Assembly (NCBI RefSeq): GCF_020745735.1
Contig: NC_083446.1
Coordinates: 3,286,001 to 3,350,000, forward strand
From: Hemiscyllium ocellatum
Lineage: Eukaryota
DNA length: 64,000 bases
Direction: 5' to 3'
The translations under genes and the position numbers were made by a program. Shown piece by piece: positions 13,331-26,772 of the stretch. The notes under the pieces are model-generated. The model saw only the letters and a program-made list of their open reading frames with translations, ran no database searches and was not told where the DNA came from. How positions within the stretch are numbered: the stretch's first letter is position 1; each line of letters begins with the position of its first letter.

Positions 13331-14059
13331 GACCGTAACTTTACAATTTGTTTCAGTATGTATACAGTGAAAATTACTCGGAGTAAGTTAGCTAGGTTGA
13401 CCACCAGGTATTAAAACAGACAAAAATGTATTCATAAAATTATGGAATGAAATACAAAGAACATAATATAGAGTACCCACAGAACTCAGACTATCCAAAC
13501 TAGACTTAATTATGCTGTTCCGAATATACACAACAGTCCCATTAACAAACCCTTTAAACATAGAGTAAAACTGAAACAGAGAATTACAGGTTGAAGTTAG
13601 AGGGCAGAAGGAGAGAGAGAATCTAGCAGCCTGTTTCCACACAGCCCATTGCTGAACTGACTCAAACAAGACTTCAGCTTTTAGTACTGACCACTCCCCT
13701 TTCATTATACAGGTTACTTCTAAAACATGAAAGATGTGGCCTAAAACCTCATCTGTTTATGTATAAACAAAAAGGCCTCCCAACATCCTTTTTATCTCTG
13801 TACCAAACTAGCCAATTCAGAGCCTGGACAGTTAATGACCTCTGAAAAATATCAAGGACATAGTATTCTTGAGAAGAAGGTCCAGCTTTTTGGAAAAGGA
13901 CCAGCTTTGTGTTAAGTGGGTCTGAATATGAAATCTTCAACTCAGAGCAACAGTCAATAAAGTTAATGAAATGTTGAATGACTTTGTGAGTACAGTAGAT
14001 CATGGATGACATAGCAAAGTGTGCAGTTCTTTGTTCAGATTGAAGCTTGAATACAGTAT

Positions 14060-14920
14060 CCACTTCTGAGGCATTGAAATGCTAAAGGCAGTGCAGAGAA
14101 GAGTTGTGTACCATGTGTGGATTTGTGTGAAGAATAAACATCGGAGTAAATTTGGAATTTCCAACTTGGAAGGAAGGCATCAGAGGGATGAATATATAGC
14201 TGCACATAAGATAGTTACAGGAATGGAAGAGATAAATCTGAAATATTACTTGAACCTAAATTGCGAGGAGAAGGTGGGGGATACACAGGTTCAAATTAGT
14301 AAATTATGGGACTGATTAGCATTGAGCAAGTATGAAATAGATATTATTATACAAACACTTCAGGAAGAGAGGGCACTGTATTTAAACAAACACTGTGGGA
14401 AGAAAGAGTACCATTATCCATACAAACACTGCATAATTTCTCTTTAATTATGAACAATGTTTAATCCTGTTTAGGTCTGTGTGCAATATTAGGTTCCATA
14501 AAAGAACAAATTGAAATTTTAGAAAGAGTACAACACAGATTCACAAGTTTACTGATTGGGAAATGGAAATAATGGAGAAAGAATTGAACAATTCATTGGA
14601 AAACTGCATATTCCATGCAGATACAGCGGTAGTGTTTAAAAACATGATGAAATGATTCAGACGTGGATGATAGTAGAGGGCATAGGGCCACAAATGCAAG
14701 ATGCAGAGTAGAAGGGAGAGGAATCTATTTCACACAGAGTTGTGAGAATGTGGAATTCACTATCAACATTAACAGTTGAGGCAGAAACTATGTCAGATTT
14801 TAAGATTAGTTTGGAAATGTGGATGAAGAAATATCAAGTTGACAGGATTTGGATCAGAATGGTTGGAATAATTTGCTTATACAGAGGGTCTAATAGCCTG
14901 TTCTTGTGTTGTAACTTTCA
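14060..14920 (+). mobile_element. Highly decayed CR1 3' fragments
   Basis: Remnants of LEAVQRR, FTQRVVRMWNSL and FKISL motifs (ORFs 14079 and 14742). Confidence 0.55.
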
Positions 14921-15394
14921 ATATGTATTCCCATACGAGCTAAGGTAAACTGGTTATATGGGTCAAAACCAATTTATGGGAATTATCAAGCTGTTTATGG
15001 CACAGAAGGAGGCCATTCACCCCATTGAGTCCATTGAAAACCAATCCAGTTGGTTATGCTCCACCACCCAAACCTTGTAGCCCGTCCAATGTCCTTTCAA
15101 AATATTGCTGTTGGATTAGTGGGAAAGAAATTTTCTGCAAGATATCTGTAATTGTAATTGTGTGTGAATTCTTTTTGGATTACATGGGATATCTGGTCAG
15201 CATGGATGGGTTGGATCTGTTTCCATGCTGTACATCTCTATGACTCTATGACTCTATTTTAAATGTACTATTCCACTTTTAAAGAAAGAAAGACTTGTGT
15301 TTCTATAGTGCTTTTCACAATCGCTGTTTCAATATGCTTCACCGTCAATAAAGTACTTTTGAAGAATGGTCAAACACAAAACTAACATTGATCT

Positions 15395-15652
15395 CTGGGT
15401 TTCCTGTGGGCGCTCTGGGTTTCTCCCACAGTCCAAAGATGTCCAGGTTAGGTGGATTGGCCAAGCTAAATTGCCCATAGTGTCCAGGGGTGTGCAGGCT
15501 AGGTAGATTAGCCATGGGAATTGCAGGGTCACTGGGATAAGGTAGGGGGGTTTGGCCTGGGTGGGATGCTGTTGAGAGGGACGGTGTGGACTGATTGGGC
15601 CAAGTGGCCTGCTTCCATGCTGTAGGGATTTTGTTAACAAATTCTATTCTAT
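15395..15652 (+). mobile_element. HE1/V-SINE, 5'-truncated
   Basis: V-domain CTCCCACAGTCCAAAGATGT..GCTAAATTGCCCATAG and a CR1-like tail ending TTCTATTCTAT. Confidence 0.85.
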
Positions 15653-16374
15653 CCATTTTTCACCCTCACAAATCTGTTGAACTGGAAGTTGAAATATGAT
15701 AAAAACAGAACTTTTTTTTGTTTTTGACTGTATGATTTAACGTTAAATTAACAAGAACAGGTATTGTTACTGCAATTTGAAACTCAAAGAATGATTTCTC
15801 TACTTTTGGTCTAACATTATTTGAGAAAATAGTCACACTTGATGCAAGAACTAATGTGTCACTGATAATCAAATCATACCCCTAAACAAGGCCAATGCTT
15901 GGTAGTTAGCACTGGTAATTGGCAGTAACTTAGATCTGTGTGTCAGTATACTGTACATTGTTCTTGGAAAGTGCCATATTGACATCACTCTGGTTTATTA
16001 GTAGGTAATGCATTTTGATCTAGCTGGCATAGTTATGAAGGTGAGATATAGCTCCTTGCAAAATATGCATATGTTCTGGAAACTGCAAAGATTAAACTTG
16101 TCACCATTTTATCTAGGCAAAAGAGACCTGTTGTGATAAGAAAGCAGAGGTGCATGTCAGAGATCGGGATGGCTGAGTGGACTGGTGCTGTCAAATATGT
16201 TTGGCAGAAGTCAGTTTTTCTTAGAAAGGGGGGTGTTGGACCTGCATTCCCGCAACTCGTGGTTCCATTTATATTTTAAAAACCAGTTTGTTGCGGCTGT
16301 TAGGCACCCATTTTAAAAATATTTTCTTAAAATTGACAAGCAAATCTTGCAGTGCAAGGCCTCAACAGATAATT

Positions 16375-17850
16375 ATAGAACGTAGAACATTACAGCACAG
16401 TACAGGCCCTTTGGCCCTCGATGTTGCGCTGCCCTGTGAAACCAATCTGATGCCCATCTAACCTACACTATTCCATTATTGTCCATATGCCTATCCAATG
16501 ACCACTTAAATGCTCGTAAGGTTGGCGAGTCTACTACTGTTGCAGGCAGTGCGTCCCACACCCCTACTATTCTCTGAGTAAAGAAACTACCTCTGACATC
16601 TGTCCTATATCTATCACTCCTCAATTTGAAGCTATGCCCCGTTGTGCTAGCTATCATCATCCTAGGAAAAAGGCTCTCACTGTCCACCCGATCTAACCCT
16701 CTGATTATCTTGTATGTCTCAATTAATAATCTCTCAACCTACTCTCTCACGAAAACAGCCTCAAGTCCCTCAACCTTTCCTCATAAGATTTTCCCTCCAT
16801 ACCAGGCAACATCCGAGTAAATCTCCTCTGAACTATTACCAAAGCTTCCACATCCTTCCTATAATGCAGTGCCCAGAATTGCACACAATACTCCCAAGTG
16901 TAGCTGCACCAGAGTTTTGTACAGCTGCAGCATGACTTCAAGTTCCAAAATTTGATCCCTCTACTAATAAAAGCTAACACACCGTGTACCTTTTTAACAG
17001 CCCTGTCAACCTGGGTGGTAACTTTCAGATATCTATGTGCATGGACACCGAGATCCCTCTGCTTAACTGCACTACCAAGAATCTTACCATTCGCCCAGCA
17101 CTCTGCATTCCTGTTGCTCCTTCCAAAGTGATTCACCTCACATTTTTCTGCATTAAACTCCATTTGCCACTTCACTCCCCAGCTCTGCAGCTTATTTATG
17201 TCCCTCCATAACCCACAACATCCTTCAGTACTGCCCACAACTGTACTGATCTTAATATCGTCCGCAATTTACTAACCCATCCTTCTGTGCCCTCATCCAG
17301 GTCATTTATAAAAATGACAAACAGCAGTGGACCCAAAACAGATCCTTGCAGTACACCACTGGTAACTGAACACCAGGATGAACATTTTCCATCAACCACC
17401 ACCCTCTGTCTTTCAGCTAGCCAATTTCTGATCCAAATCGCCCTCAATCGCATGCCTCCATATTTTGTGCAGTAGCCTACCATGGGGAACCTTATCAAAT
17501 GTCTTACTGAAATCCATATACACCACATCAACAGCTTTACCTCACCCACCTATTTGGTCATCCTCTTAAAGCACTCAATAAGGTTTGTGAGGCACGACCT
17601 ACATTTCACAAAATCCGTGCTGACTACCCCTAATCAACATATTCCTATTGAGATGATTCTAAATCCTATCTCTGATAACCTTTTCCAACATTTTGCCCAC
17701 AACCGAAGTAAGGCTCACTGGTCTATAATTACCATATTTGTCTCTATTCCCCTTCTTGAACAAGGGAACAACATTTGCTATCCTCCAGTCTTCTGGCAGT
17801 ATTCCTGCTGACAATGACGGCATAATGATCAAAGCCAAAGGCTCAGCATC
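16375..17850 (-). mobile_element. CR1 LINE, 5'-truncated, frameshifted RT
   Basis: ORF fragments [36 protein letters not shown] and FFTQRIVGVWDALP; (TTCTA)n-type tail. Confidence 0.95.
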
Positions 17851-18571
17851 AATCCCATCTAGTTTCGTAGCCTGTTTCTCAGTATTCTCCTTGACAACGT
17901 TGTTTTTTAGGTTCCCTATTTGTGAATACAGAGAGAGATTTTGTTTTATTATGAGCTGTCAATATGGCAATGAGTGTGTGGTTCCAAACAGCCATACTTG
18001 AGACTTAGGAGGTAATATAGGTTTAGCTTTTGGGTGCTATAACCAGTTGCTGTTCTGTATCTCTTTTTGTATCGTAAACCTCTCAAGGTGCTTTGTGAAA
18101 GAGGGAGAAGACATGAAGGGGTAAGCAGTGAGTTAAGGGAGATGAAAGCAAGCATGATTAAAACATGATAGATTTTGAGGAGGCGTTGAAAAGCAAAAGG
18201 TGAAACTTTAAAACACTAGTAAGAAGTAGGGAGAGTGTTCCAGAGAAGATAACTATAATGTCAGATGATTCTGATACCAGTGTAGGGGACAGAGAGAAGA
18301 ACCCCAAATTCAAGAGACTTAATGTTCATGGCTGCAATATGGGGCTAGAGGTCACTGCATAGTCAAGATGGGGGCGGTTATGAAGAGGTTTGTAATTACG
18401 GACAAATATTTTGCATTCAGTGTGTAGGACGGGAAGTTAGTGTGAAAAGTATGAATGAGAAGACAACATTTATTGTGGTGAAGTATCCAGGCAATGAAAC
18501 TTTGGACCAGAACTAGTGTCAGGTATAGTCTGGGAGGCTAGAAAGTAATGCACAGAAGAGCAAAAAAAAAA

Positions 18572-18780
18572 CGTTTTCCTAACATCTTCATAACCTTAGA
18601 ACTTCCCAGAGCATTTTACAGCCAATAAAATGTTTCTGAAGTGCTGTCACTGCTGCAGTGTGGGAAACACAGTACTGTGGCTAGTTAGTGCATGGCAAAT
18701 CCCCACTAACTTCAGTTTACCTGTTTTTGTGATGTTGTTTGAGTGATACATTTTGGTCAAAGGAGGTGTTCTGGCAACAG
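18572..18780 (-). mobile_element. Deu-domain SINE 3' portion
   Basis: CATTTTACAGCCAATAAAATGTTTCTGAAGTGCTGTCACTGCTGCAGTGTGGGAAAC matches the reverse of 27075-27207. Confidence 0.5.
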
Positions 18781-20602
18781 AATGATTTTTGCTCTTCTGT
18801 TTTTAAATATAGAACGATCTTCAATCAGTCTATGGCCTATGTTGTTGCTGGTACAGGTGTTAAATTTGGCTTATACCTTGAATGCATCTAAAGAAAACCA
18901 TTCAGGGAATTAAAATGAAGTTAAAGAATCAATTCAAAATAATGATAAATAAGCATGGATTAGGATCTATAACAACTTCATGAACTGAAGAAGTATAATA
19001 CAATGCTTGGTAGACATCATGCTCCTTGGAGAATTCATAACAATATATTGTGAAGTAAACATTAAAATAATTGAGCTGCAACAAATGAACCATTAAATTT
19101 GCTGATGCTTGTATGATTACAATTAGCAAGGCAACTGTGTTCATTAAGCAAGCAGAATATTTGATGATTGGTAAGGGATTTAGTATCTATGCTGCAGGGT
19201 CAGAAGTATAGAGGTTGCACATGACAATTCATAATGGATAGAAGATTAAGATGAGTCATTGTCTTTGTCCAAAATGTTTCCACTTGAAACAATACTGCCT
19301 TTACATTGGACGGGAAAGATCTGTCAATGGATCCATTTTGGAATTCAGAATCAATGGCACAGAATTTCCATGCTAGGTTACTGTTGATGCACAAATCTCA
19401 CATTTTCTAACTTGTTGAAAATGCTATTGGTTTCTTGATGTAAACATGCTGTATTTTTATACTCAGCAAAATACATTTTAGAAATAAAATGTTTTGTGCA
19501 AAATTCCTTTTATCTCCTTTGCTTTGATGTGTTGTAATTGCATTATGTAGGCTGTCCTCCAAGGTTCAGAAGAAACACATGTACAAACATATTGCAGCTG
19601 ATAAACATACTCGTACTGCAACACATCAGGGAGAGGTCAAGTTACCTGGACACTTTATTCCAGGAGGCAGTCAAGAGTCAACATGATTTTGCGGAAGGAA
19701 TGTCAATATTTAACCAATTTATTAAAGTTTTTCCATGTAGTAATATGTGTGGTGGATAAAGGAAATCTTGTGGATTTCCTGTACTGAGATTTTCAGAAGA
19801 CTTTTGAGAAGGTGCTACATCAAAAGTTGTTGGAGAAAACAAAAGCTCTTAGTGTAGTAAATGCTCTATTAGCATGGAAAGAAGATTGGCTAGCTAACAG
19901 GAAACAGTTAAAAAGGTAATGTTCTGGTGGCAAAATTTGATGAGAGATGTGCCACAGGGTTGGTCACTGGGACCTCAACTATTTACAATTTATATAATGA
20001 CTTGGATGAAAAGACTGAAGATATCGCTGCTAAATTCCCCAACGACACAAAGACTTGTAACAAAGTAGATTATGAAAGAAGAACATAATGATCCTACAAA
20101 GGGATATAGGTCAAATGAACTTTCACAAATTCTAATCAATTTGTCAGATCTTTGTATGTGTGAAATTAACCATTTTGGCAGAAAGAATAATAAAGACCCA
20201 TGTGACTCTATGAATCTATAATCCAGATAGTGAGAAACTGTAGAACTCTGAAATACAGAGGCATGTCTTAGTGCATGAATCACAAAAGGTTAGTTTTCAG
20301 GTACAGCAAGCAACTGGGAAAGTTCATAGAATGTTCTTCTTTATTGCAAGGGGAATTGAATGTAAACGTATGGAGGTTATGCTTCAGTCATATAAAGCAT
20401 AATTTAAACGCATACGGAATACTGTGTACAATACTGGTCTCCTTATTTAAGGAAGGTTGTAAATGCATTGAAAGCACTTCAGAGATGGCTTACTAGATTA
20501 GTGTCTGCAGTGGGTGGGTTGTCTTTTGAGAAATGTTGCACAGGTTAGGTTTGCAGCTGCTGAAATTTAGAAGAGTTAGAGACATCTTGACAGGGGGCAT
20601 TT

Positions 20603-20943
20603 CATAGACTCTCTACTGTGTGGAAGCAGGCTATTCAGAACATCGAGTTCTTATTGGTGCTCTGAAGAGCATCACACCCAGACCTACCCCTCTACCCTAT
20701 CCCCATAACCCTGCATTTCTCATGGCTAATCCAGCTAACCTGCACATCCCTGGACACTGAGTAATTTAACATGTCAAATCCACCCAACTTGCACATTTTT
20801 GGACTATGGTAGGAAACCATAGGAAACCCATGCAGACACTGGGAGAATGTGCAAACTCGACCCAGATAGTCACCTGAAGAATTGAGCCCAGGTCCCTGGC
20901 ACTGTGAGGCAGCAGTGCTAATCACTGAGTCACGGTGTCACCC
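20603..20943 (-). mobile_element. HE1/V-SINE
   Basis: Reverse complement of the tRNA-like head (GCACTGCTGCCTCACAG) and the V-domain. Confidence 0.85.
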
Positions 20944-21187
20944 ATTTTGGGAGGGTGTGAGAGATTGTGAGAGACTGAGAGGTAGTGTTCATTGTTTAAT
21001 AAAGGGTTTACCCATTTACATGAGCAGAAGCGGTTTTTCTCACAGAGCATCATGGATTCTGTTCCTCAAAAAATCAAAGTGGCAGAATTCATGAATACTT
21101 TCAACGGTCAAGTAGATAGATTCTTGCTAAGCAAGAGTGAAATGTTATTGGGGTTAAGCAGGAAAATGGAGAAATCAGCTCAGCCAT

Positions 21188-21488
21188 GATTAGATTAGAT
21201 TACTTACATTGTGGAAACAGGCCCTTCGGCTCAACAAGTCCACACCGACCTTTCAAAGACCAACCCACCCACATCTATTCCCCTACACCTAACACTATGG
21301 GCAATTTAGCATGGCCAATTCACCTAACCTGTACATTTTTTGGACTGTGGGAGGAAACCGGAGCAAACCCACACAGACACAGGGAGAATGTGCAAACTCC
21401 ACACAGACAGTTGCCTGAGGCGGGAATTGAACCCGGGTCTCTGGTGCTGTGAAGTAGCAGTGCTAACCACTGTGCCACCATGTCACCC
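21188..21488 (-). mobile_element. HE1/V-SINE, full length
   Basis: A and B boxes on the minus strand, (AATCT)n tail, flanked by CCATGAT at 21184-21190 and 21487-21493. Confidence 0.92.
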
Positions 21489-21630
21489 ATGATCTTATTG
21501 AATGGTGGTGCAGGTTGAAGGGGCCATGGCCTTCACCTTCTCCTCAGTTATATATTTGAATGCAAAGTTCAGAATGAATTGCTAAATAAATGACTTGAAA
21601 TTGGCACTGTGTTAAACTTGTTTAAGAGTC

Positions 21631-22535
21631 AGGAGCAGGAAAATCAATGTTTTGGGCATAAGCCCTTCATCTGGAATGAGGCTTGTGGGCCAAGGGGGCT
21701 GAGGGATAAATGGGAAGGGGTGGGGCTGGGGGAAAGGTAGCTGGGAATGCAATAGGTAGATGAAGGTGGGGGTGAAAATGATTGATCGGAGAGGAGGGTG
21801 GAGCAGATAGCTGGAAAGGAAGATGGGCAGGTAGGACTGTTCAAGAGGGCGGTGCCGGCTTGGAAGGTGGGGACTAGGATAAGGTGGGGGGAGGGGAAAT
21901 GGGGAAACTGATTAAATGCACGTTGATTCCGTTTGGTTGGAGGGTCCCAAGGCGGAAGATGAAGCGCTCTTCCTCCAGGCCTCAGGTGGTTAGGGTTTGG
22001 CGATGGAGGAGGTCCAGCACCTACATGTCCTTGTCCCCTCCCACTCCATGAAGGACATGCTGGTCCTGGGTGTCCTCCATTGCCAAACCCTAACCACCTG
22101 ACACCTGGAGGAAGAACGTCTCATCTGCCACCTTGGGACACTCCAACCACACAGGATCAATGTCGATTTCACCAATTTTCTTATTTCCCCTCCCCCCACC
22201 TTATCCCAGTCCCAACCTTCCAATCCAGCATTGCCCTCTTGAATGGTTGTGCCTGTCCATCTTCCTTCCCATCTATCTGCTCCACCCCCCTCTCTGACCT
22301 ATCACTTTCACCCCACCTTCATTTACCTTTTGCATTCCCAGCTACCTTTCCCCCAGTTCTACCCCCATCCCATTATTTCTCAGCCTTCTTGGCCCACAAG
22401 TCTCATTCCTGATGAAGGGCTTATGCATAAAACGATGATTCTCCTGCTCCTCGGGATGCTGCTTGACCAGCTGTGCTTTTCCAGCACCACACTCTTTGAC
22501 TCTGATCTCCAGCATCTGCAGACCTCACTTTCTCC
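21631..22535. mobile_element. PLE family A fold-back insertion including GIY-YIG endonuclease C-terminus
   Basis: Minus arm 21631-22032 and plus arm 22033-22535 are diverged inverted copies. The plus arm translates PSHSMKDMLVLGVLHCQTLTT*HLEEERLICHLGTLQPHRINVDFTNF. Decayed hammerheads near 21645-21675(-) and at 22409(+). Confidence 0.85.
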
Positions 22536-23084
22536 TCCTTGTTAAATTTGGGCAAGTTGCCCAAATTTATAGTTATAATCTGCTAACTATAAACTCCTGA
22601 TTTAGGTATGCAGTTTTTGGAAAGCTGAGTTGTAGGTTTTATCAGTTATAAAGTAGGTTGAGAAATAAATACAGTCGACATGACACAATGTCACGTGAAT
22701 GACTCATATCTGCAGAAAAGAGACTTCTTGTGGAGAATGACTAGGTTATTCACTGTCGTGCAAAACAAGCAGTCATGAAAATAATGACTTCTATTGCAAT
22801 AAATGAACCAATATGTTTCTAATGTTTTACAGTTGCAGTCGTGGGGTAATGAAAATACAATAATGCAACAAAGAATTGTCAAAGTAATGACTGGAGAAAC
22901 AGGTTCTTTAATAAGGAAGCCATAATCTTGATGGTTTACTGATGGCTGGTTTTGCTTTGTTTGCATTGTGTATTCAGCTCAAAGTTTATTGGTTACCTCC
23001 TTCCAAACTTGAGAACTTAGTTTGATAAGTGTATTTGAACTCTATAATATTGAAGTACAGATGTTATGGAGTTTTTAAAAAAAA

Positions 23085-23695
23085 AAAATTCATGTTGCTG
23101 GCGAAGGCACCATTTATTGCTATTCTTCATTGCCCTTGCGAAGGTGGTATTGATGTGCATTCTTGAATGGCTGTAACATGATTGGAGTAGGTTGAACTCC
23201 AATGCTGTTTGGGAGAGAGTTTCAGGAAATTTGACTCAGTGACACTGAAAGAGCAGTGATGCATTTTCAAATCAAGCTTTTTTGCAAGGAGTTTGTAGAC
23301 GTGATGTTCTCATCTATCTGTTACTTTGGTCCTTCTAGACAGAAATGGTCATGGATTTGGAAGGAAATGGTCATAGATTGGAAGGTGCTATCCAAGGAGC
23401 TGTGGTGAATTTCTGCAAAACATCTTGTAGATAGTAGGCACTGATACTACTGAGCGTTGATAGTGGAGGAAATGGGTGTTTGTGGATGTGGTGCCAATCA
23501 ATTGGGTTGATTTATTCTGAATGGCTTTTTGAGTGTTGTTGGAGCTCCACTTATCTAGACAAGTAGGGAGTATTCCATCACACTCCTGACTTGTGATTTT
23601 AGCTGATGGTCAAGCTTCAAGGAGTCAAGAGTTGAAGTTCTTGCTGCAGAATTCCCAGCCTCTGACTGCTGTTGTAGCCACAATATTTATAAAGT
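23085..23695 (-). mobile_element. Ancient CR1/L2-group LINE 3' fragment
   Basis: Reverse complement is colinear with 5870-6395 (GAGTGTTGTTGGAGCT..GGAGTATTCCATCACACTCCTGACTTGTG). Confidence 0.6.
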
Positions 23696-23697
23696 TG

Positions 23698-24105
23698 GAG
23701 TCATAGAGATATACAGCATAGAAACAGACTCTTGGGTCCAATTCGTCCACGCCGACCATATTTCCTATATAAATCTAGTCCCATTTGTCAGCATTTGGCC
23801 CATATCCCTCAAAACCCTTCCTAATCATATACCTAGCCAGATGCTGTTTAAATGTTGTAATTGTACCAGCCTCCACCACTTCTTCTGGCAATTCATTCCA
23901 TCCAGGCACAACACTCTGTGTGAGAAAGTTGCCCCTTACGTCCCTTCTATATCTTTTCCCTTCACCTAAAGCTCATACCCTCTAGGATTTGGACTCCCCC
24001 ACCCCTGCAAAAAGACCTTGCCTATTTACCCTATCCAAGCACCTCATGATTTTACAAACCTCTATACTGTCAACCCTCAGCCTCTGACGTGTCAGGAAAA
24101 ATAGC
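23698..24105 (-). mobile_element. CR1 (HER1-type) 3' end
   Basis: GAGTCATAGAGATATACAGCATAGAAACAG tail; ORF remnant RLRVDSIEVCKIMRCLDRVNRQGLF. Confidence 0.9.
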
Positions 24106-24129
24106 TTGATCCAATAATTCTCGTTAATA

Positions 24130-24503
24130 TACAGAAAACTTTGTTTTAACCAGCATCTAATGAACCAGCATTCTTGATAAATCAGCACTCTTGATAAACC
24201 AGCAAAAATAATATACCGAAATGCCAGGGGTCTGCTGTATTATCGTGATCTCCACGATGTCCAAGTAGTCAACTGAGGGTATGCATGGAAAAGCTGTCTT
24301 GCGTTAACTCTTATTTAAGCAGAAGTTGCAATATTATTTAAGTGATTTATGCTGTAAATAAAGTATAACAATGATGTGTGTACCCCCCGTGTTATATTAA
24401 TTTGTGTTTTTACATTGATTATGTGGACCTCTTGATCAACTGGAATATTTGATCAACCAGCACATTCCTGATCCCATATGTCGGTTAATAAAAGATTAGC
24501 TGT
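24130..24503. mobile_element. Tigger/pogo-like MITE
   Basis: Imperfect TIRs TACAG..TTAACCAGCA and TGTCGGTTAA..CTGT; internal TTGAT.AACCAGCA subterminal repeats. Confidence 0.5.
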
Positions 24504-25560
24504 TTATTGTAAATAACTGTGGCCCCAGCACTGACACATGTGGTACTAGTTACAGCTTGCCATCCTGAAAATGCCCCATTTATTTGCTTTTCCATTTCCT
24601 CTCAGAACCTTTGATATTCCTCTTGTTTCTCAATTTAATTTTCTACCTGACAATTGTCATAAATGTACTTTTTCTTCTTTATCTTAATCTTTATCTTTAT
24701 TTCTTTAACATGCTTTGTATACTCTGATTTTTGGGGAGCTGCACAGACCTTGGTGCTTGTTTGGGTTTCTGTGAAACCATTTCCAGTCAAAGCCAACCCG
24801 TAGAATGTTGGTAATGGGGAACAAACAATGGTAATAGCATTGAATGTCAAAGGGCGATGGCTGAGTTCTCAACCGAAACTGTCTGTGGTGACAGGAACCA
24901 TTTGAGCTCCTAAGTTAAAGGTCTTATGAAATGTGTTGTGATGAAATTTTGTACCAACACGCTGAATAAACTCAGTGACAAACTGAATTCTGTTCACTCT
25001 GAAAACCGATATCCTAGAACAACATTTTTATTCATTCATAGGATGTGGTAGTCACTGGAGCCAGCATTTATTGTAAACTTTAATTGATTTTGAGAAGTTC
25101 TGGTGAGCCACCTTCTTGAATAAGGTTGAGTAGTTTATTAGATCATTTAAGTCGAGAGGCTACCACGGAGTTGCTGTAAATTTGGAGCTACATGGAAACT
25201 AGATTGGATAAGGAGAGCAGATTTTCTTTCCTAAGCACACCACCAAACCAATGTTTAATGATAATACAAGAATTTCATGGTTACTGTGACCAATGCCACC
25301 TTTCATTTATGTAACTCCCCGAATTTAGAATTCTGAGCTGCCAAGATGGGATTTGCATTTAGGATTTATGGATCATTAATCCATACATCTAGATTATCAG
25401 TCCAAGAACATAATCACTATATCTGTGTAGAGTTTTGGTTTCCGTATTTAAAAAAAGGATACACTGGCATTGGAGACAGTTCAAAATAGATACACAAGGC
25501 TGATTTTCTGGGTTGAATGAGTTGACTTATTAAAAATAGCTAAACAGGTTAGGCTTTTAT

Positions 25561-26772
25561 AAGGAGATCTGAGGAAGGGCCACTAGACCTGAAACATTAA
25601 CTCTGATTTCTCTCCATAGATGCTATAGAACATAGAACATAGAAAAATACAGCGCAGTACAGGCCCTTCGGCCCTCGATGTTGTGCCGACCAAAGCCTAC
25701 CTAACCTACACTCACCCAATAACCTCCATATGCTTATCCAATGCCCGCTTAAATGACCATAAAGAGGGAGAGTCCACCACTGCTACTGGCAGGGCATTCC
25801 ATGAACTCACAATCCGCTGAGTAAAGAATCTACCCCTAACATCTGTCTTATACCTACCACCCCTTAATTTAAAGCTGTGTCCCCTAGTAACAGCTGACTC
25901 CATTAGCGGAAAAAGGTTCTCACTGTCAACCCTATCTAAACCCCTAATCATCTTGTACACCTCTATCAAATCTCCCCTAAACCTTCTTTTCTCCAATGAG
26001 AACAGCCCCAAGTGCCTCAGCCTTTCCTCATACGATCTTCCTACCATGCCAGGCAACATCCTGGTAAATCTCCTCTGCACTCGTTCCAATGCCTCCACGT
26101 CCTTCCTATAGTATGGCGACCAAAACTGCACACAATACTCCAGATAAGGCCGCACCAGAGTCTTATACAACTGCAACATGACCTCAGGACTCCGGAACTC
26201 AATTCCTCTACCAATAAAGCCCAGTACACCATATGCCTTCTTCACAGCACTTCTTATCTGGGTGGCAACTTTCAGAGATCTGTGTACATGGACACCAAGA
26301 TCCCTCTGCTCATCCACTTACCAAGTAGCTTACCATTAGCCCAGTAATCCATCTTCTTGTTACTCCTACCAAAGTGAATGACTTCACACTTAGCTACATT
26401 GAACTCCATTTGCCACCTTTCTGCCCAGCTCTGCAACTTATCTATATCCCGCTGTAACCTGCCACATCCTTCTTCGCTGTCCACAACTCCACCGACTTTC
26501 GTATCATCCGCAAACTTGCTCACCCAGCTTTCAAGCCCCTCCTCTAGGTCATTTATAAAAATGACAAACAGCAATGGTCCCAAAACAGATCCTTGTGGAA
26601 CACCGCTAGTAACTGCACTCCAAGATGAACCTATACCATCAACTACTACCCTCTGTCTACTTCCAGCCAGCCAATTCCTAATCCAAACCTCTAATGCACC
26701 CTCAATGCCATACCTCCGTAGTTTTTGCATTAGCCTGCTGAGTTTTTCCAGCAATTTCTGTTTTTGTTTTAA
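25561..26772 (+). mobile_element. PLE family D short element (25561-25624 and 26734-26772), split by CR1
   Basis: CTGAGGA-AGGGCCACTAGACCT-GAAACATT-AACT..AGATGCT | CCTGCTGAGTTTTTCCAGC. Flanked by GCTTTTAT at 25553-25560 and 26773-26780. Confidence 0.75.
25625..26736 (-). mobile_element. Young CR1 LINE, 5'-truncated, single frameshift
   Basis: ORFs 26272-26784 (GVPQGSVLGP, KFADDTK) and 25712-26317 (LVRPYLEYCVQFWSP) overlap across one frameshift near 26320; (TTCTATG)n tail. Confidence 0.95.

Larger units (their letters stand above)
19625..21545 (+). mobile_element. Old CR1 LINE (RT to 3' UTR) interrupted by two HE1 SINEs
   Basis: Degenerate SQH.F, DFQK.F.KV.H, VPQG, INDLDE and FFSQ motifs in order. 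Interrupted at 20603-20943 and 21188-21488. Confidence 0.8.
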
